Shown here: piece by piece, positions 53,201-64,000 of the stretch
Numbering within the stretch: position 1 is the stretch's first letter
How the letters are laid out: every line of letters starts with the position of its first letter
DNA from: Eledone cirrhosa
Taxonomy: Eukaryota
Length of the DNA stretch: 64,000 nucleotides
Direction of reading: 5' to 3'
NCBI GenBank assembly: GCA_964016885.1
Contig: OZ024741.1
Location: forward strand, 139,376,001-139,440,000
The notes under the pieces: generated by a model
What the model saw: the letters and a program-made list of their open reading frames with translations, nothing else
Databases searched by the model: none
Told to the model about the DNA's origin: nothing
Translations under genes and position numbers: made by a program

Positions 53201-53765
53201 TTCTATATCAGTTAGTAACTTTTTTCTTATACAATATTTCTTCGTATATTGGCTAGTTGTTACTGTCAATATAGCCTCTGTTTTCGGGATGTTTCTTTTT
53301 CCAGTTGATATATGTCTGTTCTGTATTCGATGTATTTGATGGGTAGTACATGGCAGTGTAGAAAGCCTCAAGGACTTCTTTATTATCTTCCCTTGACCAT
53401 TTTTCTCTCTTTTTCTTTGGATTTCTTGGTGGTGAGCATGGAGGGCCAACAGTATTCCGGTTATGGGAGGTCTCCAGCTCCGAAGTGATGGGAAGGTTTG
53501 AACCATTAGCTGATTTTCGACCCCAGTCTGGTTCCTCTCTGAGGGACGCGGCCCTTTTTTACCCGGGTGACGGCCGATCCGGTATGAGATTTTATCATTA
53601 GACATTTACTTTATTTTGTCGCGTTTTATCCTTATCCGCCAAGGGGTAATCATTTCGTGTTACCACTTCTAGAACGAGTGTCAACCAAGACTAGAGGGGT
53701 CGTTCTCCCCTAGAGACACGGCTATTCCCCGCCGGCCGCCATCCCGGTATTTCTTGGTCACGGGG
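50300..53765 (-). pseudogene. Near-full-length decayed Dong/R4-like family B copy
   Basis: Consecutive ORF pieces from 53605 to 50443 with WKSPGKD, GIFQGDSLSPLLF, FYMDDLKLF, YKYLG; the CCHC/RLE segment is deleted at ~50680. Confidence 0.92.
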
Positions 53766-54069
53766 TTTTCTTTTTGTTGTTTTTTTTAAATTGTTATTAT
53801 CATGAGTGGTTCCTTAATGTGAGCATTGCGTGGCTTAAGAATGAAATTATTAATAATTGTCTCTACTCCAGGCACAAGGCCAGCAATCACCCAGTGCATT
53901 ACAATAATATAATATACTTTTTGCTGAAGTTGCCTGTTATTGTTGTTGGCTATGTTGGTGGTGGTGGGGCTTTTTATATTGTTGGTGAGGAAGGGCTGAG
54001 CCAGCAGTGCCATAGTTATTATTATTATTATTATTATTATTATTGTTATTATTATTATCATTATTATTA

Positions 54070-54165
54070 TTTGCCTTTCATCCTTACGAGATCGATAAAA
54101 TGAAGCACAAGTAATGCACTGAGATAATTTCTGGCCCTGTGCCAAAAGTAGAAACACTTATTATT
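54070..54165 (+). mobile_element. SINE 3' half after (ATT)n; opposite-strand fragment at 53855-53905
   Basis: ttgcctttcatccttacgagatcgataaaa..gccaaaagtagaaaca. Confidence 0.75.
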
Positions 54166-55239
54166 AACATATCGGCCTCTATTTTTTTCCGTATCCTGAG
54201 AGAGTCATGCGGGCAGAATGCTGAAGCATGTGTTCCTGTCAAAAGAACCCATCTGTAACTGATCCTGCCGGTTTCCTAACCGATACCAGCCGAGATCTTG
54301 GATATGATGTTATCATGGGCACAGCTCTGCATATTTTGCAGGGCAGTGTATCTCAGTGGCGCCCAATGGATAAGATTTCAAAAACAATTCCAGGAAGAAC
54401 TGCCATCCATACACATTGTATCAACAGTTACACTTCACGTAACAATCCCTATTTCTAAGGCTAGGTGGTATACCTCAGCTGTCTCCAGTGAACAAGATGG
54501 CGAGACTATTGCGATAGATGACAAACATCGATTCCACCGCATGGCTTTCTTCCTGAGAGGAGATGTCATCGAGTAAAATAACGTTCTGATTTGTATTTAA
54601 CTTAATCTATCACAGTCGTCTCAGTGATAGCTATTGTTGTTCACAATACAAGGACATTATATCATTTCCTGGTGTATTACAGCTTTCTATTTATACTAAT
54701 GCGTTTTTCATATGTAAACTATTAAGTCAGCTATTATAAACCAACAAAAAGAACGCCAATAATATTTTGATGTGTTTGTTAATATTAAAACTGCATTGTA
54801 ATGTTAACACAATCAATGTACACAGAAAAATAAACTACAGCGCATCATTGACATATTTCGTATGCTATACTTTATAAAAAGAAATTGAATACAGAATTAT
54901 TCAGATTTGATACATACGATTTGATGGAGTGGAATTAATAGCGCATTATCTTTGCCTCTATTTCCTTTTATTGCTTTCGTTTATTTATTTTTTCTTCTAT
55001 TTTCGTCTTATCATCTCAGAGATGCTATAGAAAAACTCTTTATTTGAGATGTCAGATATTGCAAGCAAGCGTTACTTGGCGAATATTCTGTTTCGCTTCA
55101 ATTGATGGCTTGTTGTTATAACTTTACTGTAATGTTGCCTCTGCTGCTATTCGGATCTATATCAAAACGGATTCAACTAAGTATAGTCGGATGAGCAAAA
55201 CCACAAAGCGTGCAATTAAAAGTAGGATATATAAAGTAT

Positions 55240-56350
55240 ATGTACGGAAAAGGAAGCCGACTGTCTAGGTTAACGAGATGAAAAACGAATATGGCAAAGG
55301 AAGGGAAGAAAGTGAATGAGGAAGTTGAAGGAAGTTGGGCCGGAAGGAAAGAAAAAGAAGGCGTATGGTAGATAACATATGAAGAAATCATACGGAGGAA
55401 AAGTTGTTGTCTGTATTAGCAAGAAGATTACGGTGAAATGGAATTAGGAAGAGACAGAAATGATGTTGGAGAGAAAGAAAATTATGTGAATGGATGAAGA
55501 GAAAGTTAAGAGTTGAGATGAAGAACGAGATTTGTAAACATGTTCCGAATTACGCATTAGACGAAATCTGACGAAAATGCGAAAATATATGAGCGAGAAA
55601 ATTGTGCATAAAAAACAAACAAAGACATGGATAAATATTAGATGAGGAATGAAAGATGATTGAAAAAGTGTTATAGATAAGGGGGGATAAATGAAAGAGA
55701 AAGGGAAGAAAATTGATGAAGATGTAACTTGAAATAAATAAGTAACGGAAATTGAAATAAATATGTGGCAAAGAACCTTGGGGAAAAGATGATTACGAAA
55801 CTGGCAGACTAGATTGAGGCAAGTGTCAAAAAATAAATACACATGGGCATAATCAAATATCTGGAATGAAATATAAAAAGTAAAAATAAAATCAATTTGT
55901 TGGTGGAGTGGAAAAGGGAAGACAATTATGGAAAATGGTGAACAGAAAAATAAGACAACGTCGACAATGGTGATGATTAATATGATATGCGTGTTGCTGC
56001 TCTAGCCATTGTTGACGATGGTAATGATGGCTTTTGATGATGATGAGGGTGAGTGGGATTAGGATGATGGTGGTGATGGGGAAATAATGCCGGTGATGGG
56101 GGTGCAGATGCCGTTGGAAATGTTGGTGGAGTTGGAATGAGGATTCTCCGAATGTGCATGACGATGTTAATGACGATAACGATGATTTGAGGTGGTTGGA
56201 AATGATATTGAAGATAAAGAAGAGGATGAACAACTGTAGTTTGGGGAAAGGAGGAAGATGTTGATGGACGAAGACGTTAAAACACTCAAAATTTATAAAA
56301 TTTTTGATGAGTATTTAAAAAACAAGAAAAAGGACAGAGGAATAGGAGGA
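55240..56350. repeat. Purine-rich (GA/TGA/TGG) low-complexity tract
   Basis: Strong G+A bias, degenerate trinucleotides. Confidence 0.6.
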
Positions 56351-57519
56351 TAAAGTTAGTCAATAACCTATCTGGAGGAAAACTAGATAAAACAGGTCAC
56401 CTGGTTAATAGTATATCACTAAAAGTAAATAATAGAAGTAGGGGGAGATGAGGCAGATAATTAACTTGATTAATCAAAAGTGAATAGCATGCAAAAGTAA
56501 AAATGAGAAATTAAAAAAAATATAACGCTATTATGAGATGGAAAAAAAACCCCCGATCAACAGAGGATGCAGTATGACATGTCTTCAGCAATTTTGGAAA
56601 CAAGGAAAACAAAAACAAATATGGAAACGGTATTCAGTTGAAGAACATCTGAGTATATAACGGACACATGATTTAACTACAAGTGTAAAGCAATTTTTTT
56701 TTTATTTGAGATCCATCGACGCAGTCAGTCCTATAACAATAGTTTCTAATTTTGGAACAAGGCCAGCAAATCATAATGATTCACGTACTTGAGAATTAAT
56801 TTATTATATAGATTCTGAAAATTACTCAAATGTCCCGTTAATGAATTTCCTATATATTCTAGGATATAAATAGTGTTCCTATTGCAATGTCACTCCGTAC
56901 ACAGAATCAAAGTAAATTCTCTGATAATGATACACAGCAGGTGTATCTTTTCGATACTTAACATATCTCCCCATGTTTCTCACTAAAAACGACCAAAGGA
57001 TGTTTTTCCAGAGCATCAATAATTCAAATAAAAAAAAAATGTATTAACTATATACTATTAAGAAAGCGCATAGTATTATATATATATATACAAATCATAT
57101 AATATTTTGGAAATTGTAAGGTGGGAAATTTAATATACCTTACGGCCTCGTTTCACAGTTCCTAGTAGTGGATTGAAAATCGATCTAAGTAATGTATTAT
57201 CGATTACCAACAGTGTTGGTATAGCCCCGGGAGACGTGGAACTAACCATCAGAGAAAAAAACTTCTTATCAGTTCCAGTATAATACAAAAAATACCTCCG
57301 CTGGGTTGAATTTATTCTTAGCAGTGATGGCAGATATAAATAGGACTGGACGTCACATCCGCTAGAAAGAGGTGCGATATAAAAGTCACAACACAAGCAG
57401 CTCAACAAATTAAGAATTTGTAGCAGATGTTTAGTAATTCAAACAATAATAACATATATAATATATATATGATGAATATGTTACTCGGTAATAAGAACGA
57501 ATCTAAAAGTGAATATATA

Positions 57520-57809
57520 TACTTTGGTAAAGGATAAATACCCACTTCGGCGAGGAATGACCATGCTTTTTGCGCATGGAAAGTTCCCCTGCCGAAGCAC
57601 AAGTCTGGACAAGGTTGTATATGGAAGATCATCAATCGCCCATGCATACAAGTGCCCCCCTCTCCACGTCACTGATATGGCAATGGCCAATAAAACTCAG
57701 CACCAGTGACACATCTCATTTCTACAGCTGAATAAACTGGGGCAACTTGAAATAATATTTGTTGCTGCAGGACAACGCATTACACGGTCCGAGAAGGGAT
57801 CTCACAATG

Positions 57810-57810
<1 letters not shown>
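57520..57810 (-). mobile_element. Decayed SINE (second family)
   Basis: cagctgaataaactggggcaac..gttgctgcaggacaacgc..ggtccgag; similar to 6.85-6.93 kb. Confidence 0.5.
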
Positions 57811-57873
<63 letters not shown>

Positions 57874-57879
<6 letters not shown>

Positions 57880-60800
57880 ATACTTGGGGAGGGTCATATA
57901 TGTGTAATATTGACAGAATTAATAACAGAACACACTCACTGTTTGGTTGGTTTTCGCTTTTCGCTTCTGTGTCTTTTATATCGGTAATCTAATTTATTCG
58001 GTCCTCAATGTTGCCATTGACTGACCAACGGTCAAAAAATAATACAGATACAATATAGACACAAACACATATATATAGTTTATCAAAGTTCTTTCGTTGC
58101 ACAACTGCAACATCGTCAGTGGTGCTATTGTTTCCTCCCGTTACATTGTATTTTCTACGCCATTTTTATTTAGTCTGTCTATATATTTATGTATTTATTT
58201 GTTTGTTTGTTTATTTTATTTTGTCTTCTTTGCGCATGCGTTTGCGTGTGTGTATAGTGTTTTGTTTGATGTGTGTTCGTGATTGGGTGACTGTGTATTG
58301 GTTAATGTATTCTATCTTTACTAGTGTGTGTTTATATGTGTTTGTTGTTATTGTGCTTGTGTATGTATTTATTTATTTATTTGTCTATTTATTTATTTAT
58401 TTATTTATACTTCTCTTAGGTCAGTGTTGTTTGTTTGGGTGTTGTTGTTATTCCATTCATTCTTTCTGTTTAGTCTTCGCCTTCTAAGTTCTATTTCACT
58501 GGCCTCTCTGATTTGCCTATCTGCTGGGTCATTTCTATGTTTAGATATTATTCTAATTTTTATGTTATCTATGTTACCCTCGTGTTGTTGTCTGGCATCT
58601 TCGTATAGTACTGACCCGTTTTTTCGTCCTTTTAGTTCCCCCTAGTGTTGGTCTATCCTTTCACCTATGCTACGAGCTGTCTCGCATATGTATGTTGTTG
58701 TCATATTTCTGCAAGTACCCTCTGTACATCTTATGCTATAGACTACGTTTCTAGTTTTACAGTTTATCCGGGGGTTTACCTTACATATGATACATTTCCT
58801 ATTAGTACAGTGGGTTTTCTTAAAAGGGTAGGTTTTGCTGATCAGGGATTTTATGGTGGTTCCTGGCTTTTCTACCACCTTAATCTTTAAGTGGGTCTTT
58901 CGCAGGGCCTTTCTACACTGGTTAGCTAATTTCCCTCCAGGGGTAGCGTCCACACACATGTCACTCTGTTATCTCTGGTTGTCGTACCATGAGGTGGCTT
59001 TCCCTGTCTTATGTGTAGCCCTATCTAAGCTATTCCATGATTAGCTCCTGTATAATCCTTTCATGTCCTGTTCTATGAGGGTCTTATACTTCTCCATGGC
59101 CTCTTCGTATACTCTGACTCTGTCTCTTTGGTTGTAGCCAGAGAACTTCATGCGGTTGATGAAGTGTTGGACGTGTCTTTCCATTTCTGTTGGGTCGCAC
59201 ATGCGAGACACATTCTTCATCACTCGTACCAAATCTGCGATCAGAATATTGAACTTAGCACTACTGGACATTGCTGAGTTTTTGAGTATCAGGTATTTGG
59301 AGGCCATGGGTTTAGCATAGTGTGAGTGGAGAATTTGGGCTCTCTCGTCTATAGTGTTAATCCAGAGTTCCGTGTCTAATAGAGGTAGTCTATTGTTAGG
59401 GTGTTTGGAAGGGAAGTCGATAGTTACAGTTATACTCTGGTGTATGGAATTAGCTATCTGCTGGAAGCTTTGCATTGTGCTACGTTCTAAATCAAACTTG
59501 TTAGTACTCTCTAGTGGGGATGTTCTTATATCTATATTGATATCGTCTACGTAACGAGAGTACATGATGAGGTCTATGGAGCTCTCATTAAGGAGATCTT
59601 TAAGTCTCCTTTCCCACCATACCATGAAAAGGTTGGCAACATCACCAGCTATGCTGACACCAATGGCTGCTCCCTCATTTTGGGTGTAGATCTTGTCGTT
59701 GAACTTGAATATGTGGCCCTTTAGGGTAGTTTTGATACTAGCCCCTATTGCATGTGCGACCATTTTTCTTACCTGATCACTGTTTTGGGGGGTCCGTATA
59801 GCTGGGAGTCTTTTTTGCCATTGATGTTATAGTGAGGGGGGTCTACCTCTTATGGGTCTACTAGGGCAAAAACGTCTAAGGTCATGGCTGTCTAGATAGT
59901 CAGTGTCGTAGGTAAATCTTAGTAGGAGGCCCAGTTCGTCTGTGTCGACGTCGCAGAACTCCACCTCACTCTCAATGATCACCTCCACACATTTTTCCAC
60001 AGCAAAATCAATGTTAATGTATGAGTACAGTGATACCACATCCATGCTGCCTATTATGCAGTTGGATAGGTTCCTGTTTTTGTTGCACTCACTGATTCTG
60101 CTGAGGAGGTCCTCTGTACTGTCACATACATCTGGTGACATCTTGATTATGGGGCGTATAACCATTGACAGGAAATAGGAGATCCTGTAATTGCTAGCTA
60201 TATTAGCTCCGCGTAGGGGTCTTGTTGGTGGTCCTGTTGTCGGGTCGTCGACTGTCTTGTGGTCTTTGCGGATCCCATACAAGGGTGGTATGCCATTGTT
60301 AGATGCCTGGAAGTTGTTGGCAGTGCGTCTGCTTGGCTTTAGGATGTCAGTCCACATCATCATGTGAGCGTTGAGGATTTTCTCTCTCCCATCATGTGTT
60401 TGCTGTTAAATGTCGCTCGTGTTGGTGATGTGGGGTTGCATAGCCTAACCAAGCCTTCTACAGGTTTCCTCCCACGTTGTTGGGGATCTGGTCTGCTCTG
60501 TCTCTTGGTATACCGGTCTACTATTTGTCTAATCTTATTTCTAGCTATGGTGAACTGTGCCTCTGTCTAGTCATCTATTTGTTGTGGTATGAAAACTCTT
60601 TTATTAAAGGGTAAGCTCGTAGGATAGATATTACCCATAGTATACGTTTTGTCTGCTGGGTTGAAAAATAGTTTCTCTAAAGGGTTGTCATTACTTCTAT
60701 CGTCATAGTTGTCTGTGTTGCTATTATTGTTATCATGGTGGTTGTTGTTGTTCCTATCATAAGCATTATTATTATTATGATTGCTAGATGTATTGTTGTT

Positions 60801-62172
60801 TACTCACCGTTATTGTTGTTGTTACTGTTATTTCTACCATTGTGGTTGTTACTTTTATTATGTTTCTTGTTTTTGTTGTGTCTATCATTAATGTTGCTAC
60901 ATGTATTATTTCCATTATTACCACTGTGGTCATTGTTGTTGTTTTTCGTATTGTTACCGTTATTACTACTGTGGTCGCTGCTGCTGTGTCTGTAGTTAAT
61001 GTTTCTATTATTATTATTATTATTGTGGTTGTTGTTCTGTCTATCGTTAGTATTATTACCATTATTACTATTTCTCACTCTCCTGCTATTGTTATTGTTA
61101 TGGCTGTTATTTCTATACTCAGAGTTATTGTTTATATTACTACTACCGTTATTACTGTTGTTGTTGTTGTTTACATTTGCATTCCAACGTATTTTTGTGA
61201 AACACTTTTCCAGCTCCGTTTTGCACTCAATAGGGTTAATCTTTTTGTAGATGGTAAATTTTGGTGGTAGCTGTAGGATTTGTTTTTCTTGTTCACTGAT
61301 TAAAGTGTTCCCATAAATATTTACTGTGTGGTCATTGGTAAATTCTTCCGGTAGTTTTACATCAGTCATACGGATATTGTTGATGTTATCTGGGTATTTT
61401 TGAGAATATTCTATTTTCCTTTCTTGTAGTTTTTTCTTATTCATCCATTCTAATTTCTTATTGAAATACCTATTGCATTCGTTTCGGGCGTATTTCGTTT
61501 CACGTCGAATGACGCTCATGCAGTCATCCTTTTCGTTTGGTGTAGTGAGATTTTGGACTTCCTTACCGTTAATGCGTTTCTGTCTGTAAAGTTCGTTGAC
61601 TTTTGTGTATGTTATTCTTTTCATATTAACTGTTATTGTGTGTTTTAGTCGTTCAGCTTGTCTTTTGTTCAATAATAAATTATTCACTTGTTTTGATATA
61701 TTTGTTGTGTATATTTTGCAGGAAACACAGTGTTTTAAGAAGCGGATTTGTTCTGTTGTTATTGTAGTTTTTATTTAACAGAAAACAGTGTATTTCAATA
61801 ACCTTTCAGCTTGGCACAAGCTAATGCCATAACGGCGATGAATTAGTTTTGCGAGGCTTTTTATATGAAATCGTGTGTCGAAACAAATATTGTTATACTT
61901 GGGGAGGGTCATATTTGTGTAATATTGCCAGAATTAATAACAGAACATAATCACTGTTTGGTTGGTTTTCGCTTTTCGCTTCTGTGTCTTTTATATCGGT
62001 AATCTAATTTATTCGGTCCTCAATATTGCCATTGACTGACCGACGGTCAAACATAATACAGATACAATATAGACACAAACACATATATATAGTTTATCAA
62101 GTATAACAATATACCCTCCCCAGTATAACAATATTTGTTTAGACACACGATTTCATATAAAAAACCTCGCAA

Positions 62173-62177
<5 letters not shown>
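57874..62177 (-). mobile_element. Full-span decayed Neptune-like Penelope element with direct pLTRs and a short inverted 5' piece, in (TA)n
   Basis: Direct repeats 57874-58086 and 61889-62100; ORF pieces LPPKF, PLYGIRKDHK, SMDVVSLY, EGAAIG, RYVDD, NVVYSIRC..YICET; 62113-62177 inverts ~61844-61908. Confidence 0.92.
58082..58123 (-). ncRNA. Hammerhead ribozyme in the 3' pLTR
   Basis: acca-CTGACGA-t-gttgca(gttg)tgcaac-GAAA-gaac-TT-tgat; same architecture as 4229-4271; one stem I mismatch. Confidence 0.7.
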
Positions 62178-62220
<43 letters not shown>

Positions 62221-63206
62221 AAGTGTAAGTCAATAGGCTAAAGTTAACTTCGTTTATTCATATTTCCTGCAATATATATTTCGGTGATAACAATTATTCC
62301 GCAGCTATGATCTCATCAAGCACTAGAACAGAACTAGAACAGAAAAAAGACAAGAACATAATGGTGGACAAAGTTTACCTTGTTAATTCGTTAATATGCC
62401 GAGATCCGAAAGTGTGATGTTGTTTTCTTAGAGAACAGGTAGCATATGAATTAGAACGAACGTATTCAAGTATCCGAAGGATATAACTTCCTCTCATTTC
62501 TCAGATACTATCTTAACACTCCTGTGGAAAATCTATTGGGTTTCTTGGGTAATTTGTCCTTGAAACTGGTCAGCATGTTACGGTTGTTTTTAACAAGCTA
62601 TAGTAACTGTATGTGTGTGTTCTGGTCTGTGCGACCTATTTGACTATAGTGGCAGTGGTGCAAACAGGTCAACTCTTTTGCGGTAGTAGTTTAGTTGCTA
62701 GTGAAGAATTCATGGATGTAATCTGATATGTGTTCATCTGGGAATGTTAATGCGTATCCATATCAATAGACCTGATATTAAGAGATGTTAGAATCATAAC
62801 TGTGTATTAAAAACTATAAGAATTAAGGTTTATAAGTGTAAAAATTAAATCTATATTGTAAACATTTAGTACACACCAGGAAACATACATCTACGTACCC
62901 CCACACGTATACGCAAATATATACATACATGCACATACATCTATACATAAACATATCTGTGTCCATACACGCACAGACAGAAGCACATAGACACACTTAC
63001 GTGTATACGTACACATTTACACAGACACATATGTACCCTGTGGAGGTGTGGTAAAGGAATAATAGGAATATATTAACTACTTATCACACATAGTACTGAC
63101 TTCTATGTGCGATGGTGAAACCCAGTGGTCGGAAACATGGGGTGAACGGAGGCACCCAGGGTAGGACCGTGCCAAAGTATATTATCTCGGTAATTAGCTA
63201 ATGGTG

Positions 63207-63898
63207 TTAACTTGGGTTGGAACTGTCCTTGAAGCTCGTCGACATGGCTCCAATGTAAACATAATCAAAATTGGCGGTGGTAATCCTGCATCGGTAGACT
63301 AGGTTCTTAACTAGGCATTCATTACTAAGGGGACATAAAGTCTGGTTTCTGCAGTTGCATGAAGTGGTCAACACCTGCATGCTTACTGTGGGGTTCTCAT
63401 CACGTAGGTTCGGGCGGTCCATCCCTCTGACGTGCACAGGATCCCCGGGTCGGTTGGTGTTACTCGGGTCTGTCCCTGGTCCTCCCATTTACCCTGTGAT
63501 GGCTCTACTGTGTGTCTATACGATTAACTGTTGTCTGTCTAAATGTCCTAAGTCTATTCCTATTGATATTAGCTATGTGCTGGGCTAGGACGCGCGTGGT
63601 CGAATATGAATGTTTCACCGTGTGTCTATTAAAGATTATATGGTACCAGTGTGTCCTCGAGAAACATTTATCCAGTGGACTAAAGATTGAGCGTGCCAGG
63701 CAGGTCTGTAGACCAACGGAGTATGGTGGGTTATACCATGTTATTTTTCTATGCCTGGTCGTATGTGAGTGGGTTGAGTACGCACCAAGACATGGAGGGT
63801 TTATCGAGGTTCGACGGCCTCCCACCCTGTTGCTGCTCCGTTGCGCGTTATGGGATCTTCTAACTGTTCTGTCTCTGCCGGTGGGGTGGAACCCGTAA
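63207..63898 (-). mobile_element. Naiad-like PLE fragment (post-RT linker plus start of GIY-YIG)
   Basis: RKITWYNPPYS..IFNRHTVKHSYS, SCNCRNQTLCPLSNECL, NLVY..YIGAMSTSFKD. Confidence 0.85.
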
Positions 63899-64000
63899 AA
63901 GAAATAAATACATATGATTAAAAAGACTCCAGTTGCTTTTCAATTTCCGTTCCTTTTATATACAGGATTTAAGGACCCGATTGATGTATGTTGCGTCATT

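Noticed and set aside
54190-54580. Exon-like GC-richer ORFs
   Set aside because: IPAEIL..FCRAVY..QW resembles a decayed RTE RT start; too degraded to call

Overview
AT-rich, microsatellite-dense animal DNA, almost entirely transposon-derived. The SINE families and repeat style suggest a cephalopod such as octopus (inference). No host gene is confidently recognisable. Main contents: (1) a ~16 kb head-to-tail array (38.2-53.8 kb, all minus strand) of two families of Dong/R4-type RLE non-LTR retrotransposons joined by (TAA)n tracts, including one intact 1130-aa ORF. (2) About ten Penelope-like element (PLE) insertions or remnants (Neptune-like and Naiad-like), mostly sitting in (TA)n, many with inverted pseudo-LTRs (pLTRs) and recognisable hammerhead ribozymes. 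In one, the 5' end maps to the predicted cleavage site. (3) A Tx1/L1-like element in a (CTAT)n tract, an RTE with a twin-priming-type inversion, other decayed LINEs and tRNA-derived SINEs. (4) A compact 331-bp unit (2101-2431): an LTR-like sequence whose tRNA-Trp primer-binding site continues into an entire antisense CCA-ending tRNA-Trp, bounded by TGTAGC...GCTACA. Most short ORFs in the track are microsatellite or antisense artefacts. All alignments and folds were made by eye, so boundaries are approximate.
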